Below are positions 26,501 to 41,500 of a DNA stretch of 64,000 bases, one piece after another. The position numbers and the translations under genes are program-made. Position 1 is the first letter of the stretch. Every line of letters begins with the position of its first letter. The notes under the pieces are model-generated. The model made no database searches. It was given only the letters and a program-made list of their open reading frames with translations, and was not told the DNA's origin. The DNA comes from Gordius albopunctatus (taxonomy: Eukaryota): positions 7,564,001 to 7,628,000 of the forward strand of contig OZ193910.1 in the NCBI GenBank assembly GCA_964276515.1, given 5' to 3'.

Positions 26501-29500
26501 GAAATTTAGGCGTGGGGGGATGTTTTAGATATAGAGAAATTAAAATTTAGGTGTTGCGTTTATATTGTTTCAATATCGCTTTATAAGCGTGTCTCTAGTT
26601 TTAGTGAAACAAGCTCTATGCGATCGTGATTTAGAGTTAATAATTTTTGATGACTGATCAAAAAAATGTTTTTCAAGGAATTCACCTCTTATACCGAAAA
26701 CTTTCATGAGAACTATATGGTTGAACAAAAAAATTGAAAAAATTTTGAGGTCGAAAAAAATATTATTTTTCATATTTTTTCGAAAGGGAGATGAAAAAAT
26801 CTTTAAAAGTTAGTAAATATTCTTAGCATTTTGTCCTTGTTAGAATATTGATAGAAATTTATGCGTGGGGGGATGTTTTAGATTGAGAGAAATTAAAATT
26901 TTCGTGTGGCGTTTAGATTGATTAAAAATCGCTTTATAAGCGTGTCTCTAGTTTTAGTGAAACAAGCTCTATGCGATCGTGATTTAGAGTTAATAATTTT
27001 TGATGACTGATCAAAAAAATGTTTTTCAAGGAATTCATCTCTTATACGGAAAACTTTAATGAGAGCTATATGGTTGAACAAAAAAATTGAAAAAATTTTG
27101 AGGTCGAAAAAAATATTATTTTTCAAATTCTTTCGAAAGGGAGATGAAAAAATCTTTAAAAGTTAGTAAATATTCTTAGCATTTTGTCCTTGTTAGAATA
27201 TTGATAGAAATTTATGCGTGGGGGGATGTTTTAGATTGAGAGAAATTAAAATTTAGGTGTTGCGTTTATATTTTTTCAATATCGCTTTATAAGCGTGTCT
27301 CTAGTTTTAGTGAAACAAGCTCTATGCGATCGTGATTTAGAGTTAATAATTTTTGATGACTGATCAAAAAAATGTTTTTCAAGGAATTCATCTCTTATAC
27401 GGAAAACTTTCATGAGAGCTATATGGTTGAACAAAAAAAATTAAAACAATTTCGAGGTCGAAAAAAATATTATTTTTCATATTCTTTCGAAAGGGAGATG
27501 AAAAAATCTTTAAAAGTTAGTGAATATTCTTAGAATTTTGTCCTTGTTAGAATCTTGATAGGAATTTTTGCGTTGGCGATGTTTGAGATTGAGAGAAATT
27601 AAAATTTTCGTGTGGCGTTTAGATTGATTAAAAATCGCTTTATAAGCGTGTCTCTAGTTTTAGTGAAACAAGCTCTATGCGATCGTGATTTAGAGTTAAT
27701 AATTTTTGATGACTGATCAAAAAAATGTTTTTCAAGGAATTCATCTCTTATACGGAAAACTTTAATGAGAGCTATATGGTTGAACAAAAAAATTGAAAAA
27801 ATTTTGAGGTCGAAAAAAATATTTTTTTTCATATTCTTCCGTAAGGGAGATGAAAAAATCTTTAAAAGTTATTAAATATTCTTAGCATTTTGTCCTTGTT
27901 AGAATCTTGATAGGAATTTTTGCGTTGGCGATGTTTGAGATTGAGAGAAATTAAAATTTTCGTGTGGCGTTTAGATTGATTAAAAATCGCTTTATAAGCG
28001 TGTCTCTAGTTTTAGTGAAACAAGCTCTATGCGATCGTGATTTAGAGTTAATAATTTTTGATGACTGATCAAAAAAATGTTTTTCAAGGAATTCATCTCT
28101 TATACGGAAAACTTTCATGAGAGCTATATGGTTGAACAAAAAAAATTAAAACAATTTTGAGGTCGAAAAAAATATTATTTTTCATATTCTTTCGAAAGGG
28201 AGATGAAAAAATCTTTAAAAGTTAGTAAATATTCTTAGCATTTTGTCCTTTCTTGATAGGAATTTTTGCGTGGGGGATGTTTGAGATTGAGAGAAATTAA
28301 AATTTTCGTGTTGCGTTTAGATTGATTCAATATCGCTTTATAAGCGTGTCTCTAGTTTTAGTGAAACAAGCTCTATGCGATCGTGATTTACAGTTAATAA
28401 TTTTTGATGACTGATCAAAAAAATGTTTTTCAAGGAATTCACCTCTTATACCGAAAACTTTCATGAGAGCTATATGGTTGAACAAAAAAAATTAAAACAA
28501 TTTTGAGGTCGAAAAAAATATTATTTTTCATATTCTTTCGAAAGGGAGATGAAAAAATCTTTAAAAGTTATTAAATATTCTTAGCATTTTGTCCTTGTTA
28601 GAATCTTGATAGGAATTTTTGCGTGGGGGGATGTTTGAGATTGAGAGAAATTAAAATTTTCGTGTTGCGTTTAGATTGATTCAATTTCGCTTTATAAGCG
28701 TGTCTCTAGTTTTAGTGAAACAAGCTCTATGCGATCGTGATTTAGAGTTAATAATTTTTGATGACTGATCAAAAAAATGTTTTTCAAGGAATTCACCTCT
28801 TATACCGAAAACTTTCATGAGAGCTTAATGGTTGAACAAAAAAAATTAAAACAATTTTGAGGTCGAAAAAAATATTATTTTTCATATTCTTTCGAAAAGG
28901 AGATGAAAAAAGAATTTTTGCGTGGGGGATGTTTGAGATTGAGAGAAATTAAAATTTTCGTGTTGCGTTTAGATTGTTTCAATATCGCTTTATAAGCGTG
29001 TCTCTAGTTTTAGTGAAACAAGCTCTATGCGATGGTGATTCAGAGTTAATAATTTTTGATGACTGATCAAAAAAATGTTTTTCAAGGAATTCACCTCTTA
29101 TACCGAAAACTTTCATGAGAACTATATGGTTGAACAAAAAAATTGAAAAAATTTTGAGGTCGAAAAAAATATTATTTTTCATATTTTTTCGAAAGGGAGA
29201 TGAAAAAATCTTTAAAAGTTAGTAAATATTCTTAGCATTTTGTCCTTGTTAGAATATTGATAGAAATTTATGCGTGGGGGGATGTTTTAGATTGAGAGAA
29301 ATTAAAATTTTCGTGTGGCGTTTAGATTGATTAAAAATCGCTTTATAAGCGTGTCTCTAGTTTTAGTGAAACAAGCTCTATGCGATCGTGATTTAGAGTT
29401 AATAATTTTTGATGACTGATCAAAAAAATGTTTTTCAAGGAATTCATCTCTTATACGGAAAACTTTCATGAGAGCTATATGGTTGAACAAAAAAAATTAA

Positions 29501-32500
29501 AACAATTTCGAGGTCGAAAAAAATATTATTTTTCATATTCTTTCTAAAGGGAGATGAAAAAATCTTTAAAAGTTAGTAAATATTCTTAGCATTTTGTCCT
29601 TGTTAGAATATTGATAGAAATTTATGCGTGGGGGGATGTTTTAGATTGAGAGAAATTAAAATTTAGGTGTTGCGTTTATATTTTTTCAATATCGCTTTAT
29701 AAGCGTGTCTCTAGTTTTAGTGTAACAAGCTCTATGCGATCGTGATTTAGAGTTAATAATTTTTGATGACTGATCAAAAAAATGTTTTTCAAGCAATTCA
29801 CCTCTTATACAGAAAACTTTCATGAGAGCTATATGGTTGAACAAAAAAATTGAAAAAATTTTGAGGTCGAAAAAAATATTATTTTTCAAATTCTTTCGAA
29901 AGGGAGATGAAAAAATCTTTAAAAGTTAGTAAATATTCTTAGAATTTTGTCCTTGTTAGAATCTTGATAGGAATTTTTGCGTTGGCGATGTTTGAGATTG
30001 AGAGAAATTAAAATTTTCGTGTGGCGTTTAGATTGATTAAACATCGCTTTATAAGCGTGTCTCTAGTTTTAGTGAAACAAGCTCTATGCGATCGTGATTT
30101 AGAGTTAATAATTTTTGATGACTGATCAAAAAAATGTTTTTCAAGGAATTCATCTCTTATACGGAAAACTTTAATGAGAGCTATATGGTTGAACAAAAAA
30201 ATTGAAAAAATTTTGAGGTCGAAAAAAATATTTTTTTTCATATTCTTTCGTAAGGGAGATGAAAAAATCTTTAAAAGTTATTAAATATTCTTAGCATTTT
30301 GTCCTTGTTAGAATCTTGATAGGAATTTTTGCGTTGGCGATGTTTGAGATTGAGAGAAATTAAAATTTTCGTGTGGCGTTTAGATTGATTAAAAATCGCT
30401 TTATAAGCGTGTCTCTAGTTTTAGTGAAACAAGCTCTATGCGATCGTGATTTAGAGTTAATAATTTTTGATGACTGATCAAAAAAATGTTTTTCAAGGAA
30501 TTCATCTCTTATACGGAAAACTTTCATGAGAGCTATATGGTTGAACAAAAAAAATTAAAACAATTTCGAGGTCGAAAAAAATATTATTTTTCATATTCTT
30601 TCGAAAGGGAGATGAAAAAATCTTTAAAAGTTAGTAAATATTCTTAGCATTTTGTCCTTGTTAGAATATTGATAGAAATTTATGCGTGGGGGGATGTTTT
30701 AGATTGAGAGAAATTAAAATTTAGGTGTTGCGTTTATATTGTTTCAATATCGCTTTATAAGCGTGTCTCTAGTTTTAGTGTAAAAAGCTCTATGCGATCG
30801 TGATTTAGAGTTAATAATTTTTGATGACTGATCAAAAAAATGTTTTTCAAGCAATTCACCTCTTATACCGAAAACTTTCATGAGAGCTATATGGTTGAAC
30901 AAAAAAATTGAAAAAATTTTGAGGTCGAAAAAAATATTATTTTTCAAAGTCTTTCGAAAGGGAGATGAAAAAATCTTTAAAAGTTAGTAAATATTCTCAG
31001 AATTTTGTCCTTGTTAGAATCTTGATAGAAATTTAGGCGTGGGGGGATGTTTTAGATTGAGAGAAATTAAAATTTAGGTGTTGCGTTTATATTGTTTCAA
31101 TATCGCTTTATAAGCGTGTCTCTAGTTTTAGTGAAACAAGCTCTATGCGATCGTGATTTAGAGTTAATAATTTTTGATGACTGATCAAAAAAATGTTTTT
31201 CAAGGAATTCACCTCTTATACCGAAAACTTTCATGAGAACTATATGGTTGAACAAAAAAATTAAAACAATTTTGAGGTCGAAAAAAATATTATTTTTCAT
31301 ATTCTTTCGAAAGGGAGATGAAAAAATCTTTAAAAGTTAGTAAATATTCTTAGCATTTTGTCCTTTCTTGATAGGAATTTTTGCGTGGGGGGATGTTTTA
31401 GATTGAGAGAAATTAAAATTTAGGTGTTGCGTTTATATTGTTTCAATATCGCTTTATAAGCGTGTCTCTAGTTTTAGTGTAAAAAGCTCTATGCGATCGT
31501 GATTTAGAGTTAATAATTTTTGATGACTGATCAAAAAAATGTTTTTCAAGCAATTCACCTCTTATACCGAAAACTTTCATGAGAGCTATATGGTTGAACA
31601 AAAAAATTGAAAAAATTTTGAGGTCGAAAAAAATATTATTTTTCAAAGTCTTTCGAAAGGGAGATGAAAAAATCTTTAAAAGTTAGTAAATATTCTCAGA
31701 ATTTTGTCCTTGTTAGAATCTTGATAGAAATTTAGGCGTGGGGGGATGTTTTAGATTGAGAGAAATTAAAATTTAGGTGTTGCGTTTATATTGTTTCAAT
31801 ATCGCTTTATAAGCGTGTCTCTAGTTTTAGTGAAACAAGCTCTATGCGATCGTGATTTAGAGTTAATAATTTTTGATGACTGATCAAAAAAATGTTTTTC
31901 AAGGAATTCACCTCTTATACCGAAAACTTTCATGAGAACTATATGGTTGAACAAAAAAATTAAAACAATTTTGAGGTCGAAAAAAATATTATTTTTCATA
32001 TTCTTTCGAAAGGGAGATGAAAAAATCTTTAAAAGTTAGTAAATATTCTTAGCATTTTGTCCTTTCTTGATAGGAATTTTTGCGTGGGGGGATGTTTTAG
32101 ATTGAGAGAAATTAAAATTTAGGTGTTGCGTTTATATTGTTTCAATATCGCTTTATAAGCGTGTCTCTAGTTTTAGTGTAAAAAGCTCTATGCGATCGTG
32201 ATTTAGAGTTAATAATTTTTGATGACTGATCAAAAAAATGTTTTTCAAGCAATTCACCTCTTATACCGAAAACTTTCATGAGAGCTATAAGTTGAACAAA
32301 AAAATTGAAAAAATTTTGAGGTCGAAAAAAATATTATTTTTCAAATTCTTTCGAAAGGGAGATGAAAAAATCTTTAAAAGTTAGTAAATATTCTTAGAAT
32401 TTTGTCCTTGTTAGAATCTTGATAGAAATTTAGGCGTGGGGGGATGTTTTAGATATAGAGAAATTAAAATTTAGGTGTTGCGTTTATATTGTTTCAATAT

Positions 32501-35500
32501 CGCTTTATAAGCGTGTCTCTAGTTTTAGTGAAACAAGCTCTATGCGATCGTGATTTAGAGTTAATCATTTTTGATGACTGATCAAAAAAATGTTTTTCAA
32601 GGAATTCACCTCTTATACCGAAAACTTTCATGAGAACTATATGGTTGAACAAAAAAATTAAAACAATTTTGAGGTCGAAAAAAATATTATTTTTCATATT
32701 CTTTCGAAAGGGAGATGAAAAAATCTTTAAAAGTTAGTAAATATTCTTAGCATTTTGTCCTTTCTTGATAGGAATTTTTGCGTGGGGGATGTTTGAGATT
32801 GAGAGAAATTAAAATTTTCGTGTTGCGTTTAGATTGATTCAATATCGCTTTATAAGCGTGTCTCTAGTTTTAGTGAAACAAGCTCTATGCGATCGTGATT
32901 TACAGTTAATAATTTTTGATGACTGATCAAAAAAATGTTTTTCAAGGAATTCACCTCTTATACCGAAAACTTTCATGAGAGCTATATGGTTGAACAAAAA
33001 AAATTGAAAAAATTTTGAGGTCGAAAAAAATATTATTTTTCAAATTCTTTCGAAAGGGAGATGAAAAAATCTTTAAAAGTTAGTAAATATTCTTAGAATT
33101 TTGTCCTTGTTAGAATATTGATAGAAATTTAGGCGTGGGGGGATGTTTTAGATTGAGAGAAATTAAAATTTAGGTGTTGCGTTTATATTGTTTCAATATC
33201 GCTTTATAAGCGTGTCTCTAGTTTTAGTGAAACAAGCTCTATGCGATCGTGATTTACAGTTAATAATTTTTGATGACTGATCAAAAAAATGTTTTTCAAG
33301 GAATTCACCTCTTATACCGAAAACTTTCATGAGAACTATATGGTTGAACAAAAAAATTAAAACAATTTTGAGGTCGAAAAAAATATTATTTTTCATATTC
33401 TTTCGAAAGGGAGATGAAAAAATCTTTAAAAGTTAGTAAATATTCTTAGCATTTTGTCCTTTCTTGATAGGAATTTTTGCGTGGGGGATGTTTGAGATTG
33501 AGAGAAATTAAAATTTTCGTGTTGCGTTTAGATTGATTCAATATCGCTTTATAAGCGTGTCTCTAGTTTTAGTGAAACAAGCTCTATGCGATCGTGATTT
33601 ACAGTTAATAATTTTTGATGACTGATCAAAAAAATGTTTTTCAAGGAATTCACCTCTTATACCGAAAACTTTCATGAGAGCTATATGGTTGAACAAAAAA
33701 AATTAAAACAATTTTGAGGTCGAAAAAAATATTATTTTTCATATTCTTTCGAAAGGGAGATGAAAAAATCTTTAAAAGTTATTAAATATTCTTAGCATTT
33801 TGTCCTTGTTAGAATCTTGATAGGAATTTTTGCGTGGGGGGATGTTTGAGATTGAGAGAAATTAAAATTTTCGTGTTGCGTTTAGATTGATTCAATTTCG
33901 CTTTATAAGCGTGTCTCTAGTTTTAGTGAAACAAGCTCTATGCGATCGTGATTTAGAGTTAATAATTTTTGATGACTGATCAAAAAAATGTTTTTCAAGG
34001 AATTCACCTCTTATACCGAAAACTTTCATGAGAGCTTAATGGTTGAACAAAAAAAATTAAAACAATTTTGAGGTCGAAAAAAATATTATTTTTCATATTC
34101 TTTCGAAAAGGAGATGAAAAAAGAATTTTTGCGTGGGGGATGTTTGAGATTGAGAGAAATTAAAATTTTCGTGTTGCGTTTAGATTGTTTCAATATCGCT
34201 TTATAAGCGTGTCTCTAGTTTTAGTGAAACAAGCTCTATGCGATGGTGATTCAGAGTTAATAATTTTTGATGACTGATCAAAAAAATGTTTTTCAAGGAA
34301 TTCACCTCTTATACCGAAAACTTTCATGAGAACTATATGGTTGAACAAAAAAATTGAAAAAATTTTGAGGTCGAAAAAAATATTATTTTTCATATTTTTT
34401 CGAAAGGGAGATGAAAAAATCTTTAAAAGTTAGTAAATATTCTTAGCATTTTGTCCTTGTTAGAATATTGATAGAAATTTATGCGTGGGGGGATGTTTTA
34501 GATTGAGAGAAATTAAAATTTAGGTGTTGCGTTTATATTTTTTCAATATCGCTTTATAAGCGTGTCTCTAGTTTTAGTGAAACAAGCTCTATGCGATCGT
34601 GATTTAGAGTTAATAATTTTTGATGACTGATCAAAAAAATGTTTTTCAAGGAATTCATCTCTTATACGGAAAACTTTAATGAGAGCTATATGGTTGAACA
34701 AAAAAATTGAAAAAATTTTGAGGTCGAAAAAAATATTTTTTTTCATATTCTTTCGTAAGGGAGATGAAAAAATCTTTAAAAGTTATTAAATATTCTTAGC
34801 ATTTTGTCCTTGTTAGAATCTTGATAGGAATTTTTGCGTTGGCGATGTTTGAGATTGAGAGAAATTAAAATTTTCGTGTGGCGTTTAGATTGATTAAAAA
34901 TCGCTTTATAAGCGTGTCTCTAGTTTTAGTGAAACAAGCTCTATGCGATGGTGATTCAGAGTTAATAATTTTTGATGACTGATCAAAAAAATGTTTTTCA
35001 AGGAATTCACCTCTTATACCGAAAACTTTCATGAGAACTATATGGTTGAACAAAAAAATTGAAAAAATTTTGAGGTCGAAAAAAATATTATTTTTCATAT
35101 TTTTTCGAAAGGGAGATGAAAAAATCTTTAAAAGTTAGTAAATATTCTTAGCATTTTGTCCTTGTTAGAATATTGATAGAAATTTATGCGTGGGGGGATG
35201 TTTTAGATTGAGAGAAATTAAAATTTAGGTGTTGCGTTTATATTTTTTCAATATCGCTTTATAAGCGTGTCTCTAGTTTTAGTGAAACAAGCTCTATGCG
35301 ATCGTGATTTAGAGTTAATAATTTTTGATGACTGATCAAAAAAATGTTTTTCAAGCAATTCACCTCTTATACAGAAAACTTTCATGAGAGCTATATGGTT
35401 GAACAAAAAAATTGAAAAAATTTTGAGGTCGAAAAAAATATTATTTTTCAAATTCTTTCGAAAGGGAGATGAAAAAATCTTTAAAAGTTAGTAAATATTC

Positions 35501-38500
35501 TTAGAATTTTGTCCTTGTTAGAATCTTGATAGGAATTTTTGCGTTGGCGATGTTTGAGATTGAGAGAAATTAAAATTTTCGTGTGGCGTTTAGATTGATT
35601 AAACATCGCTTTATAAGCGTGTCTCTAGTTTTAGTGAAACAAGCTCTATGCGATCGTGATTTAGAGTTAATAATTTTTGATGACTGATCAAAAAAATGTT
35701 TTTCAAGCAATTCACCTCTTATACAGAAAACTTTCATGAGAGCTATATGGTTGAACAAAAAAATTGAAAAAATTTTGAGGTCGAAAAAAATATTATTTTT
35801 CAAATTCTTTCGAAAGGGAGATGAAAAAATCTTTAAAAGTTATTAAATATTCTTAGCATTTTGTCCTTGTTAGAATCTTGATAGGAATTTTTGCGTTGGC
35901 GATGTTTGAGATTGAGAGAAATTAAAATTTTCGTGTGGCGTTTAGATTGATTAAAAATCGCTTTATAAGCGTGTCTCTAGTTTTAGTGAAACAAGCTCTA
36001 TGCGATCGTGATTTAGAGTTAATAATTTTTGATGACTGATCAAAAAAATGTTTTTCAAGGAATTCATCTCTTATACGGAAAACTTTCATGAGAGCTATAT
36101 GGTTGAACAAAAAAAATTAAAACAATTTCGAGGTCGAAAAAAATATTATTTTTCATATTCTTTCGAAAGGGAGATGAAAAAATCTTTAAAAGTTAGTAAA
36201 TATTCTTAGAATTTTGTCCTTGTTAGAATCTTGATAGGAATTTTTGCGTTGGCGATGTTTGAGATTGAGAGAAATTAAAATTTTCGTGTGGCGTTTAGAT
36301 TGATTAAAAATCGCTTTATAAGCGTGTCTCTAGTTTTAGTGAAACAAGCTCTATGCGATCGTGATTTAGAGTTAATAATTTTTGATGACTGATCAAAAAA
36401 ATGTTTTTCAAGGAATTCATCTCTTATACGGAAAACTTTAATGAGAGCTATATGGTTGAACAAAAAAATTGAAAAAATTTTGAGGTCGAAAAAAATATTT
36501 TTTTTCATATTCTTCCGTAAGGGAGATGAAAAAATCTTTAAAAGTTATTAAATATTCTTAGCATTTTGTCCTTGTTAGAATCTTGATAGGAATTTTTGCG
36601 TTGGCGATGTTTGAGATTGAGAGAAATTAAAATTTTCGTGTGGCGTTTAGATTGATTAAAAATCGCTTTATAAGCGTGTCTCTAGTTTTAGTGAAACAAG
36701 CTCTATGCGATCGTGATTTAGAGTTAATAATTTTTGATGACTGATCAAAAAAATGTTTTTCAAGGAATTCATCTCTTATACGGAAAACTTTCATGAGAGC
36801 TATATGGTTGAACAAAAAAAATTAAAACAATTTCGAGGTCGAAAAAAATATTATTTTTCATATTCTTTCGAAAGGGAGATGAAAAAATCTTTAAAAGTTA
36901 GTAAATATTCTTAGCATTTTGTCCTTGTTAGAATATTGATAGAAATTTATGCGTGGGGGGATGTTTTAGATTGAGAGAAATTAAAATTTAGGTGTTGCGT
37001 TTATATTTTTTCAATATCGCTTTATAAGCGTGTCTCTAGTTTTAGTGTAACAAGCTCTATGCGATCGTGATTTAGAGTTAATAATTTTTGATGACTGATC
37101 AAAAAAATGTTTTTCAAGCAATTCACCTCTTATACAGAAAACTTTCATGAGAGCTATATGGTTGAACAAAAAAATTGAAAAAATTTTGAGGTCGAAAAAA
37201 ATATTATTTTTCAAATTCTTTCGAAAGGGAGATGAAAAAATCTTTAAAAGTTAGTAAATATTCTTAGAATTTTGTCCTTGTTAGAATCTTGATAGGAATT
37301 TTTGCGTTGGCGATGTTTGAGATTGAGAGAAATTAAAATTTTCGTGTGGCGTTTAGATTGATTAAACATCGCTTTATAAGCGTGTCTCTAGTTTTAGTGA
37401 AACAAGCTCTATGCGATCGTGATTTAGAGTTAATAATTTTTGATGACTGATCAAAAAAATGTTTTTCAAGCAATTCACCTCTTATACAGAAAACTTTCAT
37501 GAGAGCTATATGGTTGAACAAAAAAATTGAAAAAATTTTGAGGTCGAAAAAAATATTATTTTTCAAATTCTTTCGAAAGGGAGATGAAAAAATCTTTAAA
37601 AGTTAGTAAATATTCTTAGAATTTTGTCCTTGTTAGAATCTTGATAGGAATTTTTGCGTTGGCGATGTTTAAGATTGAGAGAAATTAAAATTTTCGTGTG
37701 GCGTTTAGATTGATTAAACATCGCTTTATAAGCGTGTCTCTAGTTTTAGTGAAACAAGCTCTATGCGATCGTGATTTAGAGTTAATAATTTTTGATGACT
37801 GATCAAAAAAATGTTTTTCAAGGAATTCATCTCTTATACGGAAAACTTTAATGAGAGCTATATGGTTGAACAAAAAAATTGAAAAAATTTTGAGGTCGAA
37901 AAAAATATTTTTTTTCATATTCTTTCGTAAGGGAGATGAAAAAATCTTTAAAAGTTATTAAATATTCTTAGCATTTTGTCCTTGTTAGAATCTTGATAGG
38001 AATTTTTGCGTTGGCGATGTTTGAGATTGAGAGAAATTAAAATTTTCGTGTGGCGTTTAGATTGATTAAACATCGCTTTATAAGCGTGTCTCTAGTTTTA
38101 GTGAAACAAGCTCTATGCGATCGTGATTTAGAGTTAATAATTTTTGATGACTGATCAAAAAAATGTTTTTCAAGGAATTCATCTCTTATACGGAAAACTT
38201 TAATGAGAGCTATATGGTTGAACAAAAAAATTGAAAAAATTTTGAGGTCGAAAAAAATATTTTTTTTCATATTCTTTCGTAAGGGAGATGAAAAAATCTT
38301 TAAAAGTTATTAAATATTCTTAGCATTTTGTCCTTGTTAGAATCTTGATAGGAATTTTTGCGTTGGCGATGTTTGAGATTGAGAGAAATTAAAATTTTCG
38401 TGTGGCGTTTAGATTGATTAAAAATCGCTTTATAAGCGTGTCTCTAGTTTTAGTGAAACAAGCTCTATGCGATCGTGATTTAGAGTTAATAATTTTTGAT

Positions 38501-41500
38501 GACTGATCAAAAAAATGTTTTTCAAGGAATTCATCTCTTATACGGAAAACTTTCATGAGAGCTATATGGTTGAACAAAAAAAATTAAAACAATTTCGAGG
38601 TCGAAAAAAATATTATTTTTCATATTCTTTCGAAAGGGAGATGAAAAAATCTTTAAAAGTTAGTAAATATTCTTAGAATTTTGTCCTTGTTAGAATCTTG
38701 ATAGGAATTTTTGCGTTGGCGATGTTTGAGATTGAGAGAAATTAAAATTTTCGTGTGGCGTTTAGATTGATTAAAAATCGCTTTATAAGCGTGTCTCTAG
38801 TTTTAGTGAAACAAGCTCTATGCGATCGTGATTTAGAGTTAATAATTTTTGATGACTGATCAAAAAAATGTTTTTCAAGGAATTCATCTCTTATACGGAA
38901 AACTTTAATGAGAGCTATATGGTTGAACAAAAAAATTGAAAAAATTTTGAGGTCGAAAAAAATATTTTTTTTCATATTCTTCCGTAAGGGAGATGAAAAA
39001 ATCTTTAAAAGTTATTAAATATTCTTAGCATTTTGTCCTTGTTAGAATCTTGATAGGAATTTTTGCGTTGGCGATGTTTGAGATTGAGAGAAATTAAAAT
39101 TTTCGTGTGGCGTTTAGATTGATTAAAAATCGCTTTATAAGCGTGTCTCTAGTTTTAGTGAAACAAGCTCTATGCGATCGTGATTTAGAGTTAATAATTT
39201 TTGATGACTGATCAAAAAAATGTTTTTCAAGGAATTCATCTCTTATACGGAAAACTTTCATGAGAGCTATATGGTTGAACAAAAAAAATTAAAACAATTT
39301 CGAGGTCGAAAAAAATATTATTTTTCATATTCTTTCGAAAGGGAGATGAAAAAATCTTTAAAAGTTAGTAAATATTCTTAGCATTTTGTCCTTGTTAGAA
39401 TATTGATAGAAATTTATGCGTGGGGGGATGTTTTAGATTGAGAGAAATTAAAATTTAGGTGTTGCGTTTATATTTTTTCAATATCGCTTTATAAGCGTGT
39501 CTCTAGTTTTAGTGTAACAAGCTCTATGCGATCGTGATTTAGAGTTAATAATTTTTGATGACTGATCAAAAAAATGTTTTTCAAGCAATTCACCTCTTAT
39601 ACAGAAAACTTTCATGAGAGCTATATGGTTGAACAAAAAAATTGAAAAAATTTTGAGGTCGAAAAAAATATTATTTTTCAAATTCTTTCGAAAGGGAGAT
39701 GAAAAAATCTTTAAAAGTTAGTAAATATTCTTAGAATTTTGTCCTTGTTAGAATCTTGATAGGAATTTTTGCGTTGGCGATGTTTGAGATTGAGAGAAAT
39801 TAAAATTTTCGTGTGGCGTTTAGATTGATTAAACATCGCTTTATAAGCGTGTCTCTAGTTTTAGTGAAACAAGCTCTATGCGATCGTGATTTAGAGTTAA
39901 TAATTTTTGATGACTGATCAAAAAAATGTTTTTCAAGGAATTCATCTCTTATACGGAAAACTTTAATGAGAGCTATATGGTTGAACAAAAAAATTGAAAA
40001 AATTTTGAGGTCGAAAAAAATATTTTTTTTCATATTCTTTCGTAAGGGAGATGAAAAAATCTTTAAAAGTTATTAAATATTCTTAGCATTTTGTCCTTGT
40101 TAGAATCTTGATAGGAATTTTTGCGTTGGCGATGTTTGAGATTGAGAGAAATTAAAATTTTCGTGTGGCGTTTAGATTGATTAAAAATCGCTTTATAAGC
40201 GTGTCTCTAGTTTTAGTGAAACAAGCTCTATGCGATCGTGATTTAGAGTTAATAATTTTTGATGACTGATCTAAAAAATGTTTTTCAAGGAATTCATCTC
40301 TTATACGGAAAACTTTAATGAGAGCTATATGGTTGAACAAAAAAATTGAAAAAATTTTGAGGTCGAAAAAAATATTTTTTTTCATATTCTTCCGTAAGGG
40401 AGATGAAAAAATCTTTAAAAGTTATTAAATATTCTTAGCATTTTGTCCTTGTTAGAATCTTGATAGGAATTTTTGCGTTGGCGATGTTTGAGATTGAGAG
40501 AAATTAAAATTTTCGTGTGGCGTTTAGATTGATTAAAAATCGCTTTATAAGCGTGTCTCTAGTTTTAGTGAAACAAGCTCTATGCGATCGTGATTTAGAG
40601 TTAATAATTTTTGATGACTGATCAAAAAAATGTTTTTCAAGCAATTCACCTCTTATACAGAAAACTTTCATGAGAGCTATATGGTTGAACAAAAAAATTG
40701 AAAAAATTTTGAGGTCGAAAAAAATATTATTTTTCAAATTCTTTCGAAAGGGAGATGAAAAAATCTTTAAAAGTTAGTAAATATTCTTAGAATTTTGTCC
40801 TTGTTAGAATCTTGATAGGAATTTTTGCGTTGGCGATGTTTGAGATTGAGAGAAATTAAAATTTTCGTGTGGCGTTTAGATTGATTAAACATCGCTTTAT
40901 AAGCGTGTCTCTAGTTTTAGTGAAACAAGCTCTATGCGATCGTGATTTAGAGTTAATAATTTTTGATGACTGATCAAAAAAATGTTTTTCAAGCAATTCA
41001 CCTCTTATACAGAAAACTTTCATGAGAGCTATATGGTTGAACAAAAAAATTGAAAAAATTTTGAGGTCGAAAAAAATATTATTTTTCAAATTCTTTCGAA
41101 AGGGAGATGAAAAAATCTTTAAAAGTTAGTAAATATTCTTAGAATTTTGTCCTTGTTAGAATCTTGATAGGAATTTTTGCGTTGGCGATGTTTAAGATTG
41201 AGAGAAATTAAAATTTTCGTGTGGCGTTTAGATTGATTAAACATCGCTTTATAAGCGTGTCTCTAGTTTTAGTGAAACAAGCTCTATGCGATCGTGATTT
41301 AGAGTTAATAATTTTTGATGACTGATCAAAAAAATGTTTTTCAAGGAATTCATCTCTTATACGGAAAACTTTAATGAGAGCTATATGGTTGAACAAAAAA
41401 ATTGAAAAAATTTTGAGGTCGAAAAAAATATTTTTTTTCATATTCTTTCGTAAGGGAGATGAAAAAATCTTTAAAAGTTATTAAATATTCTTAGCATTTT